The translations under genes were made by a program, and so were the position numbers. A stretch of DNA of 64,000 nucleotides, from positions 25,804 through 89,803 of the forward strand of contig JAGVWE010000007.1 of assembly GCA_018304425.1 (NCBI GenBank), read 5' to 3'. How positions within the stretch are numbered: the stretch's first letter is position 1; the number at the start of each line of letters is the position of its first letter. This DNA is from Candidatus Iainarchaeum sp. GTDB lineage: Archaea; Iainarchaeota; Iainarchaeia; Iainarchaeales; UBA10219. The notes under the pieces are model-generated. The model was not told the DNA's origin. It made no database searches and saw nothing but the letters and a program-made list of their open reading frames with translations. Positions 46,881-56,082 of the stretch are shown in pieces.

Positions 46881-47468
46881 TCACGCCCAGCACCTGAACA
46901 CGAACAATTCCTCGAACGAGACCTTCTTGTGTGCGGCCATTTCATGCCGGATGCCGAGCCGTCCCAGCATTTCCCCGGTTTTTTCGGCGCCATTCAAATC
47001 GTTTTGCAGGAAGTACGCACTGCCGCCAGGCGCCAGAAAAAACTTGAACTGTTCCAGGAACTCGTCAAGGAACTGCCTGCCCTCAACCCCGCCGTCCACG
47101 GCCAGGTCCTCGATGCCCTCGCTGGGGAGGTAGGGCGGGTTGAAGACGATGACGTCGAACCGCTCCCCTTCCGGGATTTCCTCGAACAACTCGGATTCCC
47201 GCACCACCAGCTTGGCCTTGAGCTTCAAGCGCTCGAAGTTCAGCCGCGCGTTCTCCAACGCCTTCGGGTTCACGTCCACGGCCCAGACCTCGCGCGCCCC
47301 CGCCAACGCGGCGTTCACGGCTTGTATCCCGGAACCGGTGCCCATGTCCAGCACCCTGTTGCCGGGCTTCACGTCCACGGCTTCCGCCAGCAAATAGGAG
47401 TCCTCACGCGGCTCATACACGCCTTCTAACACCGCAAGCTCCACGTCCTTGAAGAAGGCCTTGCGCAT
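46881..47468 (-). CDS. hemK: HemK2/MTQ2 family protein methyltransferase
   Basis: VYEPREDS, LDMGTGSG, FNPPY. Confidence 0.92.
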   Translation of the reverse strand: MRKAFFKDVELAVLEGVYEPREDSYLLAEAVDVKPGNRVLDMGTGSGIQAVNAALAGAREVWAVDVNPKALENARLNFERLKLKAKLVVRESELFEEIPEGERFDVIVFNPPYLPSEGIEDLAVDGGVEGRQFLDEFLEQFKFFLAPGGSAYFLQNDLNGAEKTGEMLGRLGIRHEMAAHKKVSFEELFVFRCWA

Positions 47469-47791
47469 CAGTGTCCTCCGTGCCCGCCGCCGTCATGGCC
47501 GGCTCCATGGGAGCCGTGGGTGTCATGACCGGCTGCCGGGGCTCCATGGCCTCCGCCATGACCGGCCCCCCTATGGGCCGCTTCCCGGGGCGCGGCCGGG
47601 GCATTCGCGGTCTTCTCCTGCCAGGATGCGGTGAAGAGGTCAAAGGCCAGGGCCAGGAACAGGATGCCCAGCACGGGAGCCAGCACCTGCAAGCCCATTT
47701 GCTGCACGGCGTTGTTGGAGACCGCGTAGTAGAAGGCAAGCAAGGCCAGTGGAAAAAAAACGATTGCCTTGGACCAGGCCTCTAACGCCAT
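47468..47791 (-). CDS. Two-TM protein with His/Gly-rich C-terminus
   Basis: HRGAGHGGGHG...HGSHGAGHDGGGHGGH. Confidence 0.72.
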   Translation of the reverse strand: MALEAWSKAIVFFPLALLAFYYAVSNNAVQQMGLQVLAPVLGILFLALAFDLFTASWQEKTANAPAAPREAAHRGAGHGGGHGAPAAGHDTHGSHGAGHDGGGHGGH

Positions 47792-47797
47792 TTTCCC

Positions 47798-48970
47798 TCA
47801 TCCCTCGCCTTGCCGGAGGTCCTTGCAGGCCGGGTGGTCGGGCAGGACCTCGCACACGCCTTGCTCGAGGTCGGCCACGTGCACCACGTACTTGCAGTCC
47901 ACGACCGCCAACGGCGTGGACCGGACGTTGTAGGCCAGGCTCCGGCTGAACGACTTGTCGAACTCGCTTTTCGCGGTCGGCGCGCATTCCTCCAAGAGGT
48001 TCATGTCCAGGCCGGCTTTTTGGGCCAGCTTGTCGAGTTCTTCCTTTGAAAGCGGCTGCCCCAGCTTGGACGAGGACTGGCAGGCATACATTTCGGGAAC
48101 CGTTGCAACCCCGTCATTCGTGATGTCGCACAATTTGTTGACGAGCTGCTGGTCCAGTTCGTTGATTTTGCCCTGCAACTGCGAGCAGGCCAGGTAACGC
48201 GCGGCGCGCTCGGCTTCCTCCGCCCCGTACTGGTCAACCAGTTTCCGGGAGTCCGTGGGGATGTACGAGTAAATGAATTCAACCTGGTCGCCGAATTTCT
48301 TCCTCGCTTCGTTGAGGTTGATGCGGTTCATGACGCAGGTGGGGCAGTAGGGGTCGTCGAAGACGAAGACGCGCGGCTTTTGCTCGACAAGGCAGCTCTC
48401 GTCGTTGGGCTGGAGGAAGTACTTGGGGTGCGTGGCCTTGTCCAGGTCTGGTTCAACGACGAGGTAGCGGTCCCCCTTCTGGTCGAAGAACCGCTCGAAG
48501 TTGTCCCTGACTTCCTTGTGCTGCCGGATGTCCTCCGACTTGACGAGGATGATGGGCACTTCTTTGACGTTGTACTCCGCTGTCACTTGCTTGCCGCGCT
48601 CGCTTTCCGCGTCCACTTTTTCCAGGTCATACTTGATGCCTTTCTCGTCCAGGAACTCCAGCATGGTGTGCGAGTCCGAGCAGATGGCGCACTTGCTGGA
48701 ATAAAGCAGGATGACGTCCACTGACCGGATGGGGCCCTGGGACTCGCTGGGCTTGGGCTGCGTCGAGCCAAAGCCGGGCACGACTTCGAGGCCTTGCTGG
48801 GGCTGGGTGACCAGCCGCACCATGTAACCGAAGGCCAGCGCACCCACAATCAGGAGCGCGACCAGGTGCAAGGGCAGCCCATTTTCGGTCTTTCCCTTGC
48901 CGGTCCCCGGGCTCTTCGCCTCCGCCTTGGCGCCTGCCTGGGCTTTCACGGGTTTCTTCTTCGCTGCCAT
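47798..48970 (-). CDS. Membrane-anchored thioredoxin/DsbA-like protein
   Basis: CAIC and DPYCPTC motifs; VRSTP. Confidence 0.82.
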   Translation of the reverse strand: MAAKKKPVKAQAGAKAEAKSPGTGKGKTENGLPLHLVALLIVGALAFGYMVRLVTQPQQGLEVVPGFGSTQPKPSESQGPIRSVDVILLYSSKCAICSDSHTMLEFLDEKGIKYDLEKVDAESERGKQVTAEYNVKEVPIILVKSEDIRQHKEVRDNFERFFDQKGDRYLVVEPDLDKATHPKYFLQPNDESCLVEQKPRVFVFDDPYCPTCVMNRINLNEARKKFGDQVEFIYSYIPTDSRKLVDQYGAEEAERAARYLACSQLQGKINELDQQLVNKLCDITNDGVATVPEMYACQSSSKLGQPLSKEELDKLAQKAGLDMNLLEECAPTAKSEFDKSFSRSLAYNVRSTPLAVVDCKYVVHVADLEQGVCEVLPDHPACKDLRQGEG

Positions 48971-49066
48971 CCAAAAACCATTCCATCCATTCGTGTCGAA
49001 TCAAACAATATACTCATTAAATCAACTGAAACCTTTAATAACATTCAGTTTTCCGAAGGCAAAACC

Positions 49067-49834
49067 ATGTTCGTGGACTCCCACTGCCACTTGGACCAGG
49101 TGCAAGGCCTTGAAGCCCTGGCTTTGCGGGCCCAGGAGGCCGGCGTGGCCCGGATGGTGTCCTGCGCGACTTCCCTGGCCTCCATGGAAGCCCACCTGGC
49201 GCGGTTCAAGGCCCCTGGACCGGTTCTCCCTGCCCTGGGCTTGCATCCCGCGGACCTCGTGGCCTTGGACGATGGAGAAGCCGGTCGGAGCCTGGCCTTC
49301 CTGGAAGCCCACCTCCCGGAAGCCGTTGCCGTCGGCGAAGTCGGCTTGGACTACAAGTACGCGGTTTCAACCGCGCAACGCGCCCGGCAAAACGCGTTTT
49401 TTTCCCGGTTCCTCGCGCTCGCCAAAAAGCACGACAAGCCCTTGAACGTGCACTCGCGGCGCGCCGAGCGGCCGGTGCTGGAACAGCTCATCGCCGAGGG
49501 CGCGCAACGCGTGCTCCTACACTGGTTCACGGGCTCCAGCAAGCTCTGCAAGCTCGCGGCCGCGCAGCAGGGCTACTTCGTCTCCTGTGGGCCCACCCTG
49601 CTCACCAACGAGCTCACGCAAGGGGTTGTGAAGGGCATCCCGCTAGAGAACCTCCTCCTCGAAACCGATGCCCCGGTGCCCTACTCCCTGCCCGACGCCG
49701 CGGCCCCCGAGGCCTCGGAGCCCGCTTGGATTCCCAGGGTGGCCGCGAAAGTGGCCGAACTCCATGGCCTCTCCCTCAAGGAAGTCGAGCGGCAGACTTG
49801 GAAGAATGCGAAAAGCCTGTGGGGGTTCCGCTGA
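49067..49834 (+). CDS. tatD: TatD family nuclease
   Basis: DSHCH, GLHP, GEVGLD, HSR, LLETDAP. Confidence 0.93.
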   Translation: MFVDSHCHLDQVQGLEALALRAQEAGVARMVSCATSLASMEAHLARFKAPGPVLPALGLHPADLVALDDGEAGRSLAFLEAHLPEAVAVGEVGLDYKYAVSTAQRARQNAFFSRFLALAKKHDKPLNVHSRRAERPVLEQLIAEGAQRVLLHWFTGSSKLCKLAAAQQGYFVSCGPTLLTNELTQGVVKGIPLENLLLETDAPVPYSLPDAAAPEASEPAWIPRVAAKVAELHGLSLKEVERQTWKNAKSLWGFR

Positions 49835-49941
49835 CCCTGCCAGCGGGCGGTAGGCTTTTAAACCTGAACCGCGTTAATGGATTTACTTACACCAATTCTT
49901 TTGCTTTTTTGGGGTAGACGGGTGGGCTTGAGGGTGAGTTA

Positions 49942-50508
49942 GTGGAATTCGTTACCTTGTTCCTGTTGGAACTCGTGGGAGCCCTGTTGCTGGGGCACGC
50001 CGCATTGGCCGTGTACAAGCCGGCCGGCGGCCGGGGAAAGGCGTTTGCCGGCCTAGCCGGGGCCAGCCGTGTTTCCCGTGGGCTCGCCGCCGACCCACTG
50101 GCAGTTGATCCCCCCGTGATTCAACCGCATTACAAGACGATTGGCACCAACGGCCACAAGCTCGAGGAAAAGCTGCGGGACATGGCTTCCCTGCAGCGCG
50201 CGTTGGCGGAAAAGGTCTCCATGGCCCATCAGCGGTTGTCGGACGTCGAGCGCGGCCTGGTCCTGCGCGAGGCCCGCGCCGAGGACGCGGTCAACCGGAA
50301 ACTCACCAAGCTCGAGAACTTCCGCGCCAACACGGAAGTCGAACTGCTCGCGTTGAAGGAAATCCTGGACGAGATGAGCAAGTCGGCCGCGGCATCCGAC
50401 ACCGGCAAGTACCGGAAGAAAATCGAGGCAGTGGACAAGAACCTCAAGGACCTGGAAAAGGACCTCCACAAAATCATTTACAACCGCTCCAAGCCGGAGA
50501 GCTCCTGA
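49942..50508 (+). CDS. TM-anchored coiled-coil protein
   Basis: N-terminal TM; heptad-rich remainder. Confidence 0.72.
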   Translation: MEFVTLFLLELVGALLLGHAALAVYKPAGGRGKAFAGLAGASRVSRGLAADPLAVDPPVIQPHYKTIGTNGHKLEEKLRDMASLQRALAEKVSMAHQRLSDVERGLVLREARAEDAVNRKLTKLENFRANTEVELLALKEILDEMSKSAAASDTGKYRKKIEAVDKNLKDLEKDLHKIIYNRSKPESS

Positions 50509-51099
50509 ATGCCTGGCCGCCCAAGAAGCACGGAGATACCCTGCCCGAACTGTTCCAAGAAAGCCTGGTTCGTTGAAGTCTCGCATGACGTGCCCCACTT
50601 CGGCCGAACCCTCTTCACGACCGTGGACTGCCCGCACTGCGGCTTCAGGTTGTCGGACGTGCTTCCCGCGGAATTCCACGACCCGACCTGTTTCACGGCC
50701 GAAGTGAAGAAGCCCAGGGACCTGGAAACGAAAATCATTCGAAGCAGTTCCGGCATCCTGAAAATCTCGAAGCTCGGCGTGTCCGTCGAGCCCGGCAACG
50801 CGGCCGAGGGCTTCATCTCCAACGTCGAGGGCCTGTTGGACCGCGTGGAAGCCGCCTTGAAGGCCATTGCCTTCGATGCCGGCAGCCCGGCCAGGAAGGC
50901 GGCGGAAAAGAAGCTCAAGCAAATCCAGCGCGCCAGGCAGGGCAAGCTCGCCTTCACGGTTACCCTGTCAGATCCCTTCGGCAATTCGGGCATGGTCGGT
51001 TTCCACGTCAAGCAGCGGAAACTGTCGGCCAGCGAAGTCAAGAAACTCCAGACCGGCCTCTCGGTGCTCGAACTGCGGCCGCGCCCGGAAGCGAACTAG
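50509..51099 (+). CDS. ZPR1 zinc-finger protein
   Basis: CPNC, VPHFG, CPHCGF, NVEGLL, DPFGNS. Confidence 0.92.
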   Translation: MPGRPRSTEIPCPNCSKKAWFVEVSHDVPHFGRTLFTTVDCPHCGFRLSDVLPAEFHDPTCFTAEVKKPRDLETKIIRSSSGILKISKLGVSVEPGNAAEGFISNVEGLLDRVEAALKAIAFDAGSPARKAAEKKLKQIQRARQGKLAFTVTLSDPFGNSGMVGFHVKQRKLSASEVKKLQTGLSVLELRPRPEAN

Positions 51100-51785
51100 T
51101 CCTTTTCCTTCTTCTGCCAGGTCTCGCGCTTTTTCTTGTCCGCGGAAAGGTTTCGCACGTGCTTGGCCGCGATGGAGGCCGCCCCGACTACCGGCTCCAG
51201 GTCATCTCCCTTGACCATGAATTCCACGCCCTTGCTTTTCACTTTCAGGGGGCTGCCGTCAACGACTATCCGGTGTTTTTCGTCGAGGGCCTCGAAGAAG
51301 CCCAGCATGGCGTCCACGGCCTTTGCCTCGATGTCGTTGAGCGTGTGCCCCTTGCGCCGGAGGCGGTCCACGTACTCGGAGTTCAAGGAGAAAACAAGGT
51401 TGGCCAGCGAGTGCTCCGTGACCAAATCGTATTTGGCCGCGACATCGGAGGTCTTCTTGCTGTCCCGCAGCTCGCGCAACCGGTTGGTTGGGCCGAGCAC
51501 GGACGCGATGACGAAGGGCCCGGAGTCCTCGCCCCTGCCGGTCTCGTCCACCCCGATGACCATGGAGTCCGCCAGGCCCAGGCCTTCCAACAGCACCTTC
51601 TTGACTTCGGCGTGGTCCCTGCCCTGGATGGTGAGCTTGCCGGTGTGGTAAAGCGTGAGGGTGCTCGCGCCCATCCGGCAGCGGAGTTCCTCGAACTCGT
51701 TCTTGGTTTCCAGGGAGGGGAAGAGCGAGAGGAACTTCTTGATTGGTTCCTTTTCGTGTTTGCCGAAGTTCAGGACCGCCTGCAT
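51096..51785 (-). CDS. Type 2 ribonuclease H with RNase HIII-like N-terminal domain
   Basis: TLYHTGKLTIQG; IGVDETGRG; DSKK; AASIAAK. Confidence 0.85.
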   Translation of the reverse strand: MQAVLNFGKHEKEPIKKFLSLFPSLETKNEFEELRCRMGASTLTLYHTGKLTIQGRDHAEVKKVLLEGLGLADSMVIGVDETGRGEDSGPFVIASVLGPTNRLRELRDSKKTSDVAAKYDLVTEHSLANLVFSLNSEYVDRLRRKGHTLNDIEAKAVDAMLGFFEALDEKHRIVVDGSPLKVKSKGVEFMVKGDDLEPVVGAASIAAKHVRNLSADKKKRETWQKKEKD

Positions 51786-51789
51786 GCCA

Positions 51790-52239
51790 TCAACCGTCGA
51801 GCAGGGCATCCGTCAGGTCGTCCGCGGAATCCTCTTCCAGGCGCTTCTCGAAGTCCTTGCCGTACACCTTCTTCAAGTAGTATTCTTTCATGACTTCCTG
51901 CTGGACCGCGGGCATGCGCTCGATGCGCTTCAAGGCGTCCTGGGGCAGCTTGCCCACCATGCTGCGCGCCTTTTCCGCCTTCAACGCGGCCACATGGCCT
52001 TCGAGTCTGGCGATGAACTGGGTTTTCGCGTTCATGCCCTTCAACTGCGTGTACCTTTCCAGGAGCTTCCGGCGTTGTTCTTCGGGGAACGAGTCCATGA
52101 ATTCCGTGTGCTGGGCCATGGCCTGCTTGGCTTCCAGGATTTTCCGCTCCCTATGCCAGTAAGAGCCGCGGCCGACGAAGAACGCGAAATAGTCGGTCAA
52201 GCCCTTGAAGGGCTTCAAGGCCAGGGGGTTGTCAATCAT
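51790..52239 (-). CDS. Hypothetical protein
   Basis: 149-aa ORF with host-like codon use and an upstream TTATTAA box. Confidence 0.65.
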   Translation of the reverse strand: MIDNPLALKPFKGLTDYFAFFVGRGSYWHRERKILEAKQAMAQHTEFMDSFPEEQRRKLLERYTQLKGMNAKTQFIARLEGHVAALKAEKARSMVGKLPQDALKRIERMPAVQQEVMKEYYLKKVYGKDFEKRLEEDSADDLTDALLDG

Positions 52240-52306
52240 GGTCGCGCCAATACCTTGATGCCTTTCCGATTAATAAGCTTTGTCCGCCAAAAAACCGAAC
52301 CAAGGC

Positions 52307-53251
52307 CTATATCCAGCCCACTCTTTTGAACCAGTAATAGGTGAGGGTCGTGAGCAGGGCCATGGTCACCATGATGTACCAGAAGTTGATTTCCGGTAGG
52401 CCCGGGAAGTTCATGCCCCCTATGCTGGCCAGGAGGTTGGGCACCATGGTGATGCTGACCGCTACGGTCAAGACCTTCATGACGTCATTCGTTGCGTTCG
52501 CGTTCGCCAGCAGGTAGCCTTCCATGGCCCGGTTGTTGACTTCCCGGTACATCTCGATGAGTTCAAGGTCGCGGATGACGTGGTCCTGCACGTCCCGGAA
52601 ATAGGGCAGGGTCTTGGAGCTTATTTCGTCGTACTCGGCCTTGACGACGTTGACCAGGGTTTCCTCCATGGGCCACATGCCTCGCTCCAGTTCATAGAGT
52701 TCGCGCTTGAACTTGAACAGCTTTTTCAGCGTTTCCTTCGAGTAATCGTTGACCGCCAGCTCTTCCAGTTCCACCACGCGCTCGTTGAGCTTTTCCAGCG
52801 CGGGCACATAGTCGTCCACTACCTGGTCAAGCAGCGAGTAAAACAGGAACGAGGCGTCCGAGTGCAGGATTTTCGGCTTTTTTTGGCGGATGCGTTCGGC
52901 GACCGGTTCGAGGTTGACTTCGGCTTTGTGGACGCTGATGACGTAGTCTTTGCCGAGGAAAAAGCTGGCCTGGCTTTTCTTGACTTTCTCGCTTTCGATG
53001 ACGAGGGCGTTCACGATGATGAACAAGTGGCTGCCATAGTCTTCGACTTTTGGCCGGTGCCCGCCGTGCGTCGCGTCCTCTATGGCGAGGTGGTGGAGGT
53101 GCAGGGCCTTGTCCAGGGCCTCGAGTTCGTCGCCGGCCCCATCCCACAAGTCAAGCCAGTAGTTGTAGCCCCGTGGCCGTTCGTTCAAGAACTGGTGGAG
53201 GCTCAACTCGATGACTTCTTCCTCGTTGTAGCCCAGGATGCGGGAGGCCAT
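52307..53251 (-). CDS. corA: CorA family Mg2+ transporter
   Basis: HRPKVEDY, YFRDVQDH, NDVMKVLT, GMNF. Confidence 0.93.
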   Translation of the reverse strand: MASRILGYNEEEVIELSLHQFLNERPRGYNYWLDLWDGAGDELEALDKALHLHHLAIEDATHGGHRPKVEDYGSHLFIIVNALVIESEKVKKSQASFFLGKDYVISVHKAEVNLEPVAERIRQKKPKILHSDASFLFYSLLDQVVDDYVPALEKLNERVVELEELAVNDYSKETLKKLFKFKRELYELERGMWPMEETLVNVVKAEYDEISSKTLPYFRDVQDHVIRDLELIEMYREVNNRAMEGYLLANANATNDVMKVLTVAVSITMVPNLLASIGGMNFPGLPEINFWYIMVTMALLTTLTYYWFKRVGWI

Positions 53252-53316
53252 GCCAGATGACAAGTGCAAGGAGGTTAATAAACCTGCTTAAAAGCCTTTT
53301 GTGGCCTGTTTTAGGC

Positions 53317-53868
53317 ATGTGTTGGCTGGGCTGGGCCTTGCTTGCCTTGCTGGCCTTGGCCGGATGTTCCCAGGCGGGAGCAGGCCAGCCGCCAGGGAAT
53401 GAAGGGAATGCATTGAAGCTGAAAGTGGATGGCTTTGGGGTCGGCGAAGAAATTCCCGCGCGGTTCACCTGCGATGGAGCCGACGAGCGCCCCGACTTTT
53501 CGTGGTCGGAGGCCCCGGAAGGCACGAAGTCATTTGCCTTGTCCGTCATCGACTACGACGTCCCCAAGCAGGCGCGCGCCGACGGAATTTGGGCGCACTG
53601 GCTGGTCAAGGACCTTCCGGCGCGCGTCACGCAAGTCAAGGGAAGGGAAAAACTGCCCGTCGGCGCGGTGGAAGTCGCGAACGACTTCGGGCGCGGCGCG
53701 TGGGGCGGCCCCTGCCCGCCCGACCGAAGGCACAACTATTACTTCCGCGTCTACGCGTTGAAGGTCGAGAAGCTCGGCGGCGTGGACTTGGATGACTTCC
53801 ACGAGCGCGCGAAGGCCCAGTCGCTGGCGGTCGCGGAAGTCGTGGCCAGCTACGAGCGGAAGAAATGA
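53317..53868 (+). CDS. YbhB/YbcL (PEBP) family lipoprotein
   Basis: LAGC lipobox; WAHW; GPCPP...HNYYFRVYAL. Confidence 0.9.
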   Translation: MCWLGWALLALLALAGCSQAGAGQPPGNEGNALKLKVDGFGVGEEIPARFTCDGADERPDFSWSEAPEGTKSFALSVIDYDVPKQARADGIWAHWLVKDLPARVTQVKGREKLPVGAVEVANDFGRGAWGGPCPPDRRHNYYFRVYALKVEKLGGVDLDDFHERAKAQSLAVAEVVASYERKK

Positions 53869-53884
53869 ACCGGGAGGCGTGGAG

Positions 53885-54130
53885 ATGGAACTGTCAACCA
53901 ATTCCCTGATTTTGTGCCTGCGGGCCTTGGACAAGGAGAAACGGGCGCTTGAGGAATCGATTGCCGCCGGCACACTATCCGATGAAGAGGCGGATGCGGC
54001 GGGCCAGGACGTGCTCGACCTGATGAAGGCCCTCGCAGAGGTCGGCACACAATATGAGGCCGCGCGCAAGGCAAACAAGCGCCTCGACCTGCTGCCCGTG
54101 GACGACTTGTTCAAAGCGCTCGAGCGATGA
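53885..54130 (+). CDS. Small helical hypothetical protein
   Basis: GGAGG RBS upstream; starts MELSTNSL. Confidence 0.65.
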   Translation: MELSTNSLILCLRALDKEKRALEESIAAGTLSDEEADAAGQDVLDLMKALAEVGTQYEAARKANKRLDLLPVDDLFKALER

Positions 54131-54189
54131 AGGCCGGGGCGCAAGCGGAGGCCGGAACGTATTTATACAGGTTGAACGCCATTAATCGC

Positions 54190-54596
54190 ATGCGTTGCAT
54201 CGTCAAGGAAAATCTCTTGAAAAACGTCTTACTCCTGGTCTTGTTGGCCGCCTCCTATTCCCGGTCGCGGAATTTCTGGGGCGCACCCGGTTGGCCACCG
54301 ACTTGCCGCTGGCCGGGGACGTGCTGGTCGCCGTTTCCATCATTGCCGTCATCGCCTGCTTTGGAAACTTCGCGTTCACGTACGAGAAGGTCGGCGCCTC
54401 GGTCCGGCACCGCTTGATTGCCCACTTGTTGTCGGGAATCCTGATGTACGTCATTGGCGTTTCCCTGATTTTCACGCATTTCCTGCTGGCCTTCCTGATG
54501 GGCCCCTTCTTCGTCGTGGACCTGGCGCTTGCCCTGCTGTACGTGGCCAGCGTCCTCTACGACTTCTGGGACCTGTTCCGGATGCATGGGCCCTGA
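54190..54596 (+). pseudogene. Membrane protein split by a 1-nt frameshift
   Basis: KNVLLLVLLAASY continues in another frame as FPVAEFL near 54259. Confidence 0.6.
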
Positions 54597-54616
54597 GCGC
54601 CCACGCGGTGGTAGGC

Positions 54617-54880
54617 CTACTTTTTGTGGAACCGCTTCAGCCACTCCTGCTTGAGCCAGGGCATGGTCGCCTGCTGGAGGGGGAACGCGCCGGCGGAGAG
54701 GAGGGCGTTCAGGTAGGGGTCGGGTGCCTTGGTGAGGAGGAGGAAGTAGAGGACGACGAGGAACGTGGCCGTGGAAAGCACCAGGAGCCGGGTCTTGCTG
54801 GTCTCCCAGGCCTTGTCTCCTTCCACGCGCCGGTTGCGCTCCTTGATTCCGTCGAGGGCCCGCCTGGTTTCGGTATCCAT
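54617..54880 (-). CDS. Small membrane protein
   Basis: ERNRRVEGDKAWETS plus a TM segment. Confidence 0.75.
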   Translation of the reverse strand: MDTETRRALDGIKERNRRVEGDKAWETSKTRLLVLSTATFLVVLYFLLLTKAPDPYLNALLSAGAFPLQQATMPWLKQEWLKRFHKK

Positions 54881-54890
54881 GCTTTCACGC

Positions 54891-55013
54891 TCACTTCATG
54901 TACCTTTTCTTTAACTTGGCCAGAGTCAGGGTTTTTGTCTTGCCTGTGTGGATTTCTCGCATTTCCATTTCAATGCCTTTGCTTACCCGCCGCACTTCTT
55001 CTTTGTCGAGCAT
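54891..55013 (-). CDS. 40-aa ORF resembling an antitoxin C-terminal segment
   Basis: GGAGG RBS; EIHTGKTKTLTLAKLKKRY. Confidence 0.4.
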   Translation of the reverse strand: MLDKEEVRRVSKGIEMEMREIHTGKTKTLTLAKLKKRYMK

Positions 55014-55041
55014 TGAGGCCTCCGTAAATCGAATGAAAAGT

Positions 55042-55105
55042 GGCTCAGGGTTGGGTTAACTCATCGTCCCCACGCGGGTCAGAAGGTGTTAACGTCATCA
55101 TCGCC
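55042..55105 (-). ncRNA. C/D box guide sRNA
   Basis: GGCG-ATGATGA-(12 nt)-CTGA-hairpin-ACGATGA-(12 nt)-CTGA-GCC; upstream CTTAAA box. Confidence 0.85.
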
Positions 55106-55143
55106 GTCTGATGTGGTAGGTGGTACCGTTTAAGTTTGTATGG

Positions 55144-56082
55144 TTATGGCCGGTCTTTAGCGGTTGTGGCTCCTTTGGAGGAGATGCCGACCACTTTGAA
55201 TTCGGCTCGCACCTTCTTTTTGGCGAAGGCTTCAACCATGGCTTTTCCGATTTGTCGGCCCTTTTGCTTGGCTTCCGTGAGCGCGAAGACGGTGGGGCCT
55301 GAACCGCTGATGGAGCATCCAAGGGCACCCGCTTCCAGGGCCGCGTTTTTTACCTGGTCGAATCCCGGAATCAGGTGTTTTCTGGCTGGTTCGATGACCG
55401 CGTCGCAAATGGATTCCCCGACCAATCGAATGTTCTTCGTGCAAACCCCGGTCACAATGCCTGCGAGATGGGCGGTGTTCCAGACCATTTTTTCGAGTGC
55501 CACTTGCCTGGGCAGGATGGCCCTTGCCGTCTTGGTCGAAATGCTTAGGTCGGGATGGGTGACAACCGCGTAAGCATGCAGTGAACCCAGCGGGATGACC
55601 TGCAAGGGCTTCATGTTCTTTATGAGCACGAAACCGCCCAGCATGCTGGGCGCAACGTTGTCTGCGTGGAAACCGCTTACGGTGGCCTCGGATTTCAGGC
55701 AAGCCGGCAACAAGGCTCTTTTATCCAGCCTTTTTTCCGCCAACCGGTTTATGGCATACGCCGCCGCCACGGCGCTGGCTGCGCTGCTGCCGAGCCCCGA
55801 GCCAATCGGCAGCCCCTTTTCCAGCGTCAATTCTGCCCCCCAGTCCTTTGCTTGCCTCAGCAATCGCAGGGTCTCCTTTGCCGCAATGCCTGCACAGTTT
55901 TTGTCAACGTCGTAGGGAAGCTTTCCGCCGTCGCCCCTGATTTTGGTGATTCTGATTCCGGGTTCGCTTGACTTTTTGGCGGTGACCCTGTCGCCCAGTT
56001 CTTCCAACGCAAATCCAAGGCAGTCGAACCCGGGGCCGACGTTGGCCACGGTTGCCGGCCCGAAACAAGTTACTTTGTTCAT
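55144..56082 (-). CDS. thrB: Homoserine kinase
   Basis: ANVGPGFD, PIGSGLGSSAAS, HADN, ISGSGPT. Confidence 0.95.
   Translation of the reverse strand: MNKVTCFGPATVANVGPGFDCLGFALEELGDRVTAKKSSEPGIRITKIRGDGGKLPYDVDKNCAGIAAKETLRLLRQAKDWGAELTLEKGLPIGSGLGSSAASAVAAAYAINRLAEKRLDKRALLPACLKSEATVSGFHADNVAPSMLGGFVLIKNMKPLQVIPLGSLHAYAVVTHPDLSISTKTARAILPRQVALEKMVWNTAHLAGIVTGVCTKNIRLVGESICDAVIEPARKHLIPGFDQVKNAALEAGALGCSISGSGPTVFALTEAKQKGRQIGKAMVEAFAKKKVRAEFKVVGISSKGATTAKDRP

Noticed and set aside
55085-55110. GGCGATG start resembling a fluoride riboswitch
   Set aside because: Lacks the pairing CGCC and the downstream conserved segment; the C/D box layout fits fully.
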